A DNA stretch of 38,737 bases from Promethearchaeota archaeon Loki_b32 (GTDB lineage: Archaea > Asgardarchaeota > Lokiarchaeia > Sigyniarchaeales > SOKP01): NCBI GenBank assembly GCA_005223125.1, contig NJBH01000036.1:1-38737 (forward strand), read 5' to 3'. The notes beneath the pieces are model-generated. The model worked only from the letters and a program-made list of their open reading frames with translations. It was not told where the DNA came from and did not search any database. Shown here piece by piece: positions 27,102 through 35,783 of the stretch. The translations under genes were made by a program, and so were the position numbers. How positions within the stretch are numbered: position 1 is the first letter of the stretch; each line of letters begins with the position of its first letter.

Positions 27102-28469
27102 TTATTTATGTGTTATTTGTTTATACGCTTTTTCAAATCTCTCGACAGCAGAAACAATGTCTTTTTTTGTTGATCCAATAGCGGCATTCATAACAATATA
27201 AGGGGTTAGATAATTACTACAACATGTCCCAAATAGTTTTTCTTTAGGGTTATATACGCGTGGTCCGGTAACTCGTAAATTATATAAAGCACCACCCAGA
27301 GCATACAATTGATCTTCTTTTAAATTTTTAAGTGATACTGCTACTGCTACTGGATTGAAAATGTTGAGCACTCTTTCATTTAATTTTTCTGCTACTTCTT
27401 TTAGTTTTATTTCAAGTATTTCACGATTCTGTTGTTGTTGTTCAATTAATTTTTGATAACCTGTAATTCCCATTGATAACATTGAAATTAAGAAATTTAC
27501 GATGGGGGTGGCTGAAGCTCGCCCCGGATATGTTTGACTGATTTTTGTTATATTCTCTTTGGTAGGTGAAGCTATTACTGCTCCCCCGATAGGAGTAAGA
27601 AAATTCTTATCAGTTGATTGAATAATTGCATCTACTCTACCTGCGTCAATTGCAGAGCGAATCATTTTCATCCACTCGGGGCTTTGTACGCCATATGCGT
27701 TTATAATAATATGAACTAGGTTGTTTTGTTGAGCAAATTTGCTAATTTCTTTAATATCGTCATGTTCGCGAGGGGGGAAAAAACTTGTCACTGAGATTAC
27801 TGCAAAACATTCATCATCTAAATTATTCCTTATATCATCAATGGGTATTCTAACAGCATCCCCAAAAATCTTTCCACTGATAATTTTTGTTTTAAATCCC
27901 AACAAATTAATCGATTTTAAAAGTGATTTATGATCAATTTGAGGAATCAATACTTTTCTTTTTAAATTTTGAGGGTCTTCATTCTGATCTGGTTTTAATG
28001 CACCTAAAACTAAGGATAGTGACATTCCTGTACATATTGGGACCACAATTGCAGCTTTTATGTTAGGTAATCCAAAATTTCTTAATACATTTCGAGCCAA
28101 GTAGTTAGAAAGATGATACATTATAGATCCTCCTGGTGCTTTAGGTTGAGCGGCTGTTAGAAAACCACTTCTCCCTACACCATGGCAAAATCCTGCTGAA
28201 GTTTTTAAATGAAGCTTTGAAGCTATCCTTGCCTCTCTTTCCCCAACTCTTGCTGCATTCTTATCTTTATCAGTATCCATATTTGATAGCGTTTGAAGTA
28301 GGAATTCAATTTGTTCATCAGTCCAAGGCTCTTTAGGTACAGATCTTTGTTCGAATAAGATTTTTATCGGATTCATGAACTCATTTAAAACAAGTTGACC
28401 TCTGTTAAGCATATTTTCAGGAATATTCAAATTTTCAAAAAAATCGATAATTTTATTAAAATCAACCAT
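27102..28469 (-). CDS. spcS: O-phosphoseryl-tRNA(Sec) selenium transferase (SepSecS)
   Basis: GEREARI, HGVGRSG.L.A.QPKAPG, IDHKS, QSTDKNF (PLP Lys), YPGRASA; directly downstream of tRNA-Sec. Confidence 0.95.
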   Translation of the reverse strand: MVDFNKIIDFFENLNIPENMLNRGQLVLNEFMNPIKILFEQRSVPKEPWTDEQIEFLLQTLSNMDTDKDKNAARVGEREARIASKLHLKTSAGFCHGVGRSGFLTAAQPKAPGGSIMYHLSNYLARNVLRNFGLPNIKAAIVVPICTGMSLSLVLGALKPDQNEDPQNLKRKVLIPQIDHKSLLKSINLLGFKTKIISGKIFGDAVRIPIDDIRNNLDDECFAVISVTSFFPPREHDDIKEISKFAQQNNLVHIIINAYGVQSPEWMKMIRSAIDAGRVDAIIQSTDKNFLTPIGGAVIASPTKENITKISQTYPGRASATPIVNFLISMLSMGITGYQKLIEQQQQNREILEIKLKEVAEKLNERVLNIFNPVAVAVSLKNLKEDQLYALGGALYNLRVTGPRVYNPKEKLFGTCCSNYLTPYIVMNAAIGSTKKDIVSAVERFEKAYKQITHK

Positions 28470-28502
28470 TATAAACTCACGATATCAGTTTTAATAATAA
28501 AT

Positions 28503-28655
28503 TGGCGGCCCTCGAGGAGATTTTCGAAGATCAGGTAATTCATAACCATTATCGAACTCCTATCCCTCCGCAGGATAACTGGGTTTGAAGCCCAGCGTCA
28601 GAGACCACTTATCGCCAAAGATCTGAGTGATCTTTAGTTCCGACCGTCAAGGGCC
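28503..28655 (-). tRNA. selC: tRNA-Sec(TCA) with two BHB introns (D-arm 28609..28638; T-loop 59/60 28521..28550)
   Basis: 9-bp acceptor GGCCCTTGA/TCGAGGGCC, 4-bp T-stem, 7-bp D-stem with TGGT loop after splicing, anticodon loop CTTCAAA, long variable arm, GCCA end. Confidence 0.92.
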
Positions 28656-28735
28656 ATTTTAAATTCTATTTATTTAATAAGTTAAAGTATATTAATTTTA
28701 TTGAAGTTTTCGGTTTAATAATATTATTCTTTTGT

Positions 28736-29641
28736 TTAATTTTTTCTACAATTTAACCTAATCCTTTTCTTATAAAAGCTATTCTGGTAATTATCTAACA
28801 TTTCGTTAAATAATTTGGCTCCTAAATATAATTTATGATTACCTTTATATGAATAAATCTTATTTTTTATATTGAATTTTTCAGAAATTTGTAATAGAAA
28901 TTTTTTACTACCAGATGTAATTCTAGAAGTTCCTGTTGTGCCATCTCCATCAAAATATCCAAGAAGAAATGCTAAATATAATTCTCGACTTTTTAAAACA
29001 AGTAACTCAATATTTTTAGATTTTGTATTTCCAACAATAAATCTATTTTTTACCAACGTATCTCCTATTTTATCATTTGTAATTCTTATTCTAACAGTAT
29101 TTGATTTTTTGTATTATCTTTTATTCTTAGGATTGATACCTACGGCTACACAAAATTGATCTAAGATAATTTCATCATCTTTATTAATCTCTAAACCTAG
29201 CCTAAGGTTATTTCTTAATTGTGTAATATAACCATCAGCATATAAAAATCCAAGCCAATAAGCTTTTTCTTTATTATCTATATGTAAAAAGTAATCAAGT
29301 TTAATATTTGGATGAAATTTATAGATACGCTCATTTGTACTTCTAAGGCTATTTAAATTTTGATACTTTTCAATTAATTTAATTGCATTATCACATTTTT
29401 TAAGACATTTGCAGAATAAATTAGATTTGATTACCTCTAAATCTTCTAAACTTAATTGAAAATTAGGATTTCTTTTAGAGTTTTTATTAATACGATAAGC
29501 CAAATTAGGAGTATTATTTAAAATTTCACTTAGTTTCCTATAAGATAATACCTTATTACAATAATTATTAGGTGAAATTATTTTCTGTAATTCTAATTTT
29601 AACTCTTTTAAAAGCATTAAAGCTGTATAAGATTTATTCAT
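28736..29641 (-). pseudogene. Free-standing double-motif LAGLIDADG endonuclease-like gene with one in-frame TAA (29114..29116)
   Basis: KAYWLGFLYADG and AFLLGYFDGDG motifs lie in two same-frame ORFs: NPKNKR*YKKSNTVRIRI... Confidence 0.75.
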
Positions 29642-29824
29642 CGTCTTTTATTTCAGAAATAAATATTGTTTAAGAAAAGAAATCAATTGTTTATTTATAA
29701 ATAAATAGAGTTTATGGATTTATTTGCAATACAATTAATGGCAGTATACAATAATTAGATTTATATATCTTTTTAAAAAAAGTTTTTGGTTATAGATAAT
29801 GATGCTGTAAATATTCTAGGAAAA

Positions 29825-31042
29825 TTAATAAAAAAGTTCTGAAACATCTCTTCCTTCTTCAAAAATGCTATTGGTCTTCTCCATAATATCAGGGATATCA
29901 ATTTGTTGAGGGCATTTCTCAAGACACTCTCCACATTGAATACATAGACTTGCAGCTCCTTCTACTTCATCTCCTTGAGACAATCCTTTTTCTAAAGCTC
30001 CTTGTGTTTTTACCATCCTATCATAAAAAAATGAAATTCTAGCTTTACGCTCTTCACCCCAATATCCTAGTTCATTTAAAAGTCTAAAAACAAATGGAAT
30101 AGAAACGCCATTTGGACATGGTAAGCAATATCTACAACTAGTACAGGGCACCAGATCATATCTATCATAAGCATCCCGTAACTCAGAAATAGTTTTCAAT
30201 TCATCTTTAGTTAAACTGTTAATTGCCGAATTATTTGCGGATTCGATATTTTCTTTAACTTGTTGCATATTGCTCATTCCACTTAATACGACGCAAACTT
30301 CAGGATGGTTCCAGACGAATTGTAAAGCCCAATCAGCCAAAGTTCTTTTGGTTTTTGAGTTATCTAAGATTGTTCTAAGTTCTGGTTTTGTATCTAATTT
30401 ATCCTCTGTAATAGCCAACTTTCCACCTCGAATAGGTTCCATGATTATTAATGCTATATTTTTACTTCCTGCATATTCTACTCCTTTGGTACCCGCTTGA
30501 TATTCTACATCAAGATAATTATATTGAATCTGGCAACAATCCCAATTATAATAATCAATTATTTCTTTAAAGACTTCAAAATTATCATGAAATGAAAACC
30601 CTATATATTTAAATAAGCCTCTCTCCCTCGCATCTTCCATCTTTTTAATTAGATTTAATTTTTTGATTTTTTCTAGTCGATTTTTAGTTAAACCATGGAA
30701 TAAATATATATCAAGATTACTTTGCAATCTATCGATTTGTTCACTAAGAAATTTATCAAAATCTTCAGAATTTTTTACTGCCCACATAGGTAATTTTGTA
30801 GTAAGATATACTTTCTCACGATAACCTTCTTTGAGAGCTTTCCCAACTATTACCTCACTTTCCCCATTGTGATAAGGATAAGCAGTATCAATATAATTTA
30901 CACCGTTATCGATTGCATAACGAATCATTTTAATAGCTTCTTCTTCATTGACAGTAGTTTGATCAATCATAGGAAACCTCATAGCACCAAATCCAAGAAC
31001 AGAAACATCCCAGTTAAGGGATCCCATTTTTCGATATTTCAT
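29825..31042 (-). CDS. Aldo/keto reductase with C-terminal 4Fe-4S ferredoxin domain
   Basis: LGFGAMRFP, YIDTAYPYH, IGFSFH, QIQYN, MEPIRGG, CTSCRYCLPCP, CIQCGECLEKCPQ. Confidence 0.92.
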   Translation of the reverse strand: MKYRKMGSLNWDVSVLGFGAMRFPMIDQTTVNEEEAIKMIRYAIDNGVNYIDTAYPYHNGESEVIVGKALKEGYREKVYLTTKLPMWAVKNSEDFDKFLSEQIDRLQSNLDIYLFHGLTKNRLEKIKKLNLIKKMEDARERGLFKYIGFSFHDNFEVFKEIIDYYNWDCCQIQYNYLDVEYQAGTKGVEYAGSKNIALIIMEPIRGGKLAITEDKLDTKPELRTILDNSKTKRTLADWALQFVWNHPEVCVVLSGMSNMQQVKENIESANNSAINSLTKDELKTISELRDAYDRYDLVPCTSCRYCLPCPNGVSIPFVFRLLNELGYWGEERKARISFFYDRMVKTQGALEKGLSQGDEVEGAASLCIQCGECLEKCPQQIDIPDIMEKTNSIFEEGRDVSELFY

Positions 31043-31320
31043 AATTAAATCTATACCCTAAAATAAAATAAATGTAAAAAGTGTGCAGTACTAATTGAAT
31101 TTTATCCTTAAATTTCATGAAATAAAATAGTCTTCATTATCATACTTCATTATCATACTTAATATACCTATTGTGTAGATATTACAAGGGTTAATAATAC
31201 TTCCAATTCAAAATAAAAGTAATTTAAATTTCGAATTACTAAACTTGAACTGTATTTTTCTTTATATTTGTAAAATGGTTATTTTTTTTAAATCAAAACG
31301 AGAGAATAAGTGAAACAAAT

Positions 31321-31473
31321 ATGATTAGTGATGTTGAATCAACTATAAATATAAATTTAATTGAATGTCCCTTTTTAAGTTCATGTACACTCCCTAAAAT
31401 TCATTTTTTGTGTAAAATTCCTGAATGTAAAAATTGTCCAGACTATACATATAAATTAGAGAAAATTAAGTAA
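31321..31473 (+). CDS. 50-aa Cys-rich small protein (below ORF-track cutoff)
   Basis: MISDVESTININLIECPFLSSCTLPKIHFLCKIPECKNCPDYTYKLEKIK*. Confidence 0.55.
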   Translation: MISDVESTININLIECPFLSSCTLPKIHFLCKIPECKNCPDYTYKLEKIK

Positions 31474-31510
31474 CTAATTATCTAAACTATATAAAATTAA
31501 TTCCAATACG

Positions 31511-32221
31511 TTAAAATTTCTTGGTTATTTGGTTTCTATATTTAATGTATTCTTTCAAATGCTTAATCTTTTCAAGTTTAAAGCGTTCTAACCCTAATTC
31601 AGACATGTTAAATCCATAGACCTTTTCAATGAATATTGTTATTAAATAAGCCGTTGCTCCCCAAATAGTATATTTTTGTCCACTAGTATCATCAATATAA
31701 TTGAAGTAAAAAATGGGAAATTTTCTTTCTTCAATATCAACAGATTGTTCTCTAAAATTAATTTTGCTTGTGAAAAAATCTATTGGAATTTTTAAGATTC
31801 TTTGAACTTCTCTCTCATCTTTAATTAACACTTGATTTTTATCGATGAGCCCTAAAAAAGGTGTAATGATATATCGAGTCATAGTGGGAAAATCATCTAA
31901 ACACCCTAATATCTTAACTTTCTCACGAGGTACCCCAATTTCTTCTTCTGTTTCTCTTAAAGCAGTATCCTTTAAAGAAGAATCTAACAAATATTCAAAT
32001 TTTCCTCCCGGAAATGACATTTCTCCTCTATGCCTGCTACCTCTATTCGATCTATGAATTAATATTAATTCATATGGTTTATCTTCATAAGGAATTATTG
32101 AAAAAAGAACAGCAGAACTTGTAAAAAAATCATCTTTTATAGAAATTCGTTGAGGTGAATCACATGGAAATATTGCTTTTTTCAGTAGATTTTCATCGAA
32201 AACTAAGTTTATGTTATCCAT
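31511..32221 (-). CDS. CoA pyrophosphatase-type NUDIX hydrolase
   Basis: HRGEMSFPGG, TALRETEEEIG, ITPFLG, IWGATA. Confidence 0.9.
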   Translation of the reverse strand: MDNINLVFDENLLKKAIFPCDSPQRISIKDDFFTSSAVLFSIIPYEDKPYELILIHRSNRGSRHRGEMSFPGGKFEYLLDSSLKDTALRETEEEIGVPREKVKILGCLDDFPTMTRYIITPFLGLIDKNQVLIKDEREVQRILKIPIDFFTSKINFREQSVDIEERKFPIFYFNYIDDTSGQKYTIWGATAYLITIFIEKVYGFNMSELGLERFKLEKIKHLKEYIKYRNQITKKF

Positions 32222-32305
32222 TTGTTTTAGCAAAAATTTTAAGATATTAAATATTAAAGAAACATAATATTTTATTCTAAAAAAGTTTTTAGCAAGTGTT
32301 TAACC

Positions 32306-32605
32306 ATGAAACTTCCGAAGGAACTTAAAGATAAAAGCGATTTAGGCGGATCTGCTAAAAAGAGGGAATGTTCAATAATCGGTTGTGGTGAAGAAGCTAT
32401 TCGATCGCTTTCTGAAAATGCTTGGAAAAAATTTGTCGAAAAATCAGGCTTAAAATATAGTATGAATTCACGACATAAAATTTTTTTATGTAAAGCCCAT
32501 TATAATCAATCAAATAAGTATAGAAAATCCCAAGAAAAGATATTTCAGAAAAAGGGATTTCTAGATAATTCCACAGCTGTTAAAAAAGGAAAATGGGATT
32601 ATTAA
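32306..32605 (+). CDS. Small basic putative Zn-binding protein
   Basis: CSIIGC...AIRSLS...LCKAHY. Confidence 0.7.
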   Translation: MKLPKELKDKSDLGGSAKKRECSIIGCGEEAIRSLSENAWKKFVEKSGLKYSMNSRHKIFLCKAHYNQSNKYRKSQEKIFQKKGFLDNSTAVKKGKWDY

Positions 32606-32727
32606 GGAATTACAGCCATTTTATCATATAAAGAGTTTATTAAAAAATGTTGTCCTTGTATAATTCCAATCGTTAAAAGTGATAATCCAATAAGCAGAAT
32701 AAATATAGCAATTATTTTGTTTCTCAT
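32602..32727 (-). CDS. 41-aa single-TM small protein
   Basis: MRNKIIAIFILLIGLSLLTIGIIQGQHFLINSLYDKMAVIP*. Confidence 0.5.
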   Translation of the reverse strand: MRNKIIAIFILLIGLSLLTIGIIQGQHFLINSLYDKMAVIP

Positions 32728-32778
32728 AGTTATCTTATATTAAAATTTTTCTTAATAAAAATATTTTTACACTTCAGC

Positions 32779-33657
32779 CTATTTTGTCAATTTTTCTAAT
32801 GTTTTAATTTTGGTATTGATTTTTTTCAGTCTAAGGTCAAAATCCTTGTCGCTTTCCTTGAATTCTTCTTCCGTAATCTCTTTTGCGTGAAATCTACCTT
32901 TTGTAAGCTTTCTCTCTCCAGACATTTCTGCTTTTTCCAACTTTAAATCTTGAATCCATAATTTCATCCCTACTAGTAGATCATCTCTTTCTTCTTCTAG
33001 ACTTTGTTTTTCTTGCTTATATTTTTCTCTTAGTTTTTCAAAAGATTCTCTATCAACTTTATGTAATTTATGTTCTCTTGTTAGATTCTCAAGTTGAAAC
33101 ACCTTTGTTTCTATATCATTATTTATCCTCTGAACGATAAATGGTTCCTCTAAACTTTGCTTGACTACACTTTCTTTTTGCTTCAATTCATTAAATAAGG
33201 TTTTTACAGCCTCTAATTTTATATTTACTTCTTTTTTAAAATCAAGATCATATTCATACCTTGCATCCTTAGTGGATTTTGAAATTTCAGTTAATTTATC
33301 CGCAAGAATTTTTTTATTTAGTTGAAGATCATTATACTCAATATAATAAACCATTTGTTCTTTTACTTCTTCTGGGAGAGGTTTTACTTCTCTTTTTTCT
33401 TTGATTTTTCCAAATTTCTTTTTAGGTTCTTGTGTTATCTCGATATCCACATCTTCTTCCTTTTGTTCTTCTTTTGCTTCAAGTTCTTCCTGTTTCTTCT
33501 CAAATTTTTCTTTTTCTTTTTCTTTCTTAGTATCTTTGATTTCCGGTTTTTTTTCACGTTTTGGGATATCTGTAAGCATAGGTTTACCACAAACGATACA
33601 GAACTTATCATTTTCACGAATTGGTTGACCACAATAAGGACAAAATTTTGGGCTCAT
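32779..33657 (-). CDS. Double zinc-ribbon plus long coiled-coil protein (C-terminus CdvA-like by eye)
   Basis: CPYCG...CIVCG; charged linker; coiled coil with GRFHAKEITEEEF. Confidence 0.65.
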   Translation of the reverse strand: MSPKFCPYCGQPIRENDKFCIVCGKPMLTDIPKREKKPEIKDTKKEKEKEKFEKKQEELEAKEEQKEEDVDIEITQEPKKKFGKIKEKREVKPLPEEVKEQMVYYIEYNDLQLNKKILADKLTEISKSTKDARYEYDLDFKKEVNIKLEAVKTLFNELKQKESVVKQSLEEPFIVQRINNDIETKVFQLENLTREHKLHKVDRESFEKLREKYKQEKQSLEEERDDLLVGMKLWIQDLKLEKAEMSGERKLTKGRFHAKEITEEEFKESDKDFDLRLKKINTKIKTLEKLTK

Positions 33658-33821
33658 TTCTTCACCATTAAAATATAGTTAATAAAGTATATGTTATCTT
33701 AAATTACAATTATAATTAAAATTAATTGAGTCCGATTTTTGAAATTTCATACAAAACTCTGAATTTTTAGATAAATTCAATAACAAGATATAAATTTTTT
33801 TTAATTTTTTAGTTATTAAAG

Positions 33822-35240
33822 ATGGAAAATGAAAAGAAAATCCCAATACACATTGGATTGTTTGGGCATATTGATTCTGGAAAAACTAAAATTGCTTCAG
33901 TACTCAGTGAAATAATTTCTACAGCTGGACTTGATGCTCATCCACAAAGCAAAGAACGAGGTATAACTATTGATTTAGGTTTTACCAGTTTTTTACTTGA
34001 CAAATATTTAATTACATTAGTAGATGGTCCAGGTCACGCTGATTTAATAAAGATTAGTGCTTCTTCTGCAGAAATTATTGATTGCGCTTTAGTTGTTATT
34101 GATATTAATAAAGGACCTCAAGTTCAAACTGGAGAACATCTCATTTTGATTGAATCACTTAAAATCAATAAAATAATTGTTGTTATTAATAAAATTGATA
34201 TATTTTCTGGAGATATTGATGAAGAGTTAAAAAAAATAAGAGAATTTTTCGGATCTACTAGTTTTGGTTACGAAGTACCAATTTTTGCTGTGTCTGCGAA
34301 AGAAAAAGCTGGATTTGAAGAACTAAAAAACGGTATATTAGAAACTATAAACTCTTTCCAAATAGAAAGAAATACAAAAGGAGATATAATAATTCCTATT
34401 GATCATCATTTCCCAATTAAAGGAATGGGAGCAATATTAACAGGTACAATTTTGAGTGGGATATTAAAAGTAAATCAAAATTTAGAAGTTATACCAGTAA
34501 AGACTTCTGGTAGAGTTAAAAGTATTCAAATATTCCATCAAAATGTTGATAGTGCTAATGCTGGTGATAGAGTTGGGATTAATATAAAAGGGTTAGATTT
34601 GAAAAAGATTTATCGTGGTTGTTATGCTACAAATAACCCTAATGCTTTTGATTATTGTAATGTATTTGAAGTAAAAGTAAACAATAATAAACTATTCAAA
34701 CCAAAAACAGGCTTTGGAACCCAAATCCACATTACTATTGGGATGGTAACTACTACTGGAAATGTTTATCCTTTTTATGATTTGGATGGAAAGTTGATTC
34801 AAACAACAGCTTCAAATAAAAATAGGGGTTTTAGGGCAATAATATTATTAAAGGAAAAAGTTTTAATTAGAAAAGAGAAACATATTATGCTTCTAAGCCG
34901 ATTAGATCTACCTCCCACTACTTTGAGAATACTAGGATCAGCAGAGTTGTTGAAAATATATGAAGAACCACCAGTATTTTATAAATATAAAACAAAAAAA
35001 GGAGTTATCAAAAATCCAGATCATCCTCAGGGAATTGTATGTTTAGGCTTGGCACAAAGCGCTACTGGCGCAAAAAAAATAGTAGGAAAATCATTAGAAC
35101 CTCCCTTCACTAAAATATTAGATACGTTTGGTACTAAAGGTGCTATTATCGTGGGTATTAGTGATAATGAAAAAAGGGTAAAGAAAGGAGATCCCGTTTT
35201 TCTAAAAGAATTAAGAAATTTTCGACTAAAAAACATTTAA
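33822..35240 (+). CDS. selB: Selenocysteine-specific elongation factor SelB/EFSec
   Basis: GHIDSGKT, LDAHPQSKERGITIDLGF, LVDGPGHADL, QTGEHL, DHHFPIKGMG, RLDLPPTTLRI. Confidence 0.93.
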   Translation: MENEKKIPIHIGLFGHIDSGKTKIASVLSEIISTAGLDAHPQSKERGITIDLGFTSFLLDKYLITLVDGPGHADLIKISASSAEIIDCALVVIDINKGPQVQTGEHLILIESLKINKIIVVINKIDIFSGDIDEELKKIREFFGSTSFGYEVPIFAVSAKEKAGFEELKNGILETINSFQIERNTKGDIIIPIDHHFPIKGMGAILTGTILSGILKVNQNLEVIPVKTSGRVKSIQIFHQNVDSANAGDRVGINIKGLDLKKIYRGCYATNNPNAFDYCNVFEVKVNNNKLFKPKTGFGTQIHITIGMVTTTGNVYPFYDLDGKLIQTTASNKNRGFRAIILLKEKVLIRKEKHIMLLSRLDLPPTTLRILGSAELLKIYEEPPVFYKYKTKKGVIKNPDHPQGIVCLGLAQSATGAKKIVGKSLEPPFTKILDTFGTKGAIIVGISDNEKRVKKGDPVFLKELRNFRLKNI

Positions 35241-35280
35241 ATGCTCATAAATTAATATTATCTTAATAGAGGTGTTAAAA

Positions 35281-35715
35281 ATAGAACAAGCTAAAGATTC
35301 TGAAATTGATATCAGCCAAGAGATTCTTGATGAGTTAATGCGTAATTTAGAAAATTTAGAAGCTTCAACGGATTTAGAAGGATCTGCCGTGGTTTCAAAA
35401 ACAGGGCTAAGAATTGCGAGTTCTGAAACTGCGGATGTTGTTTGGGACATTTATAGTGCGAGCCCAGCAACCTTGATTTCATTAGGAGAAAAGATAAGTC
35501 AAGGATTACAGCAAGGAGAGTTGAGAGATATTGTGATTCGAGGAACTAAAGGATATACAATAATTTTAGTTGGATCAGCAGAAAATAATTTCATGTTATT
35601 TACAAATTGTAAAAAAGGATATAAATTGGGCTACTATTTCCATAAGATTCGAAAAGCTTTCAGAGAAATGGAACCTGTTTTACAGAAAATTGAAACAAAA
35701 GATATAACCTATTAG
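35281..35715 (+). CDS. Roadblock/LC7 domain protein
   Basis: LEGSAVVSKTGLRIAS, GELRDIVIRGTKGYTIIL, KLG; GTG 35272 lies inside the SD, so ATA 35281 is the likely start. Confidence 0.85.
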   Translation: MEQAKDSEIDISQEILDELMRNLENLEASTDLEGSAVVSKTGLRIASSETADVVWDIYSASPATLISLGEKISQGLQQGELRDIVIRGTKGYTIILVGSAENNFMLFTNCKKGYKLGYYFHKIRKAFREMEPVLQKIETKDITY

Positions 35716-35783
35716 AATATCCTAGTTTATTTCTAGTTTTAATATAAATTAAATATAAAAAATAAAGAAAAAGAATTTCATTT

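Noticed and set aside
31132-31160. 13-nt tandem repeat CTTCATTATCATA x2
   Set aside because: Two adjacent copies with no spacers; not CRISPR, likely slippage.
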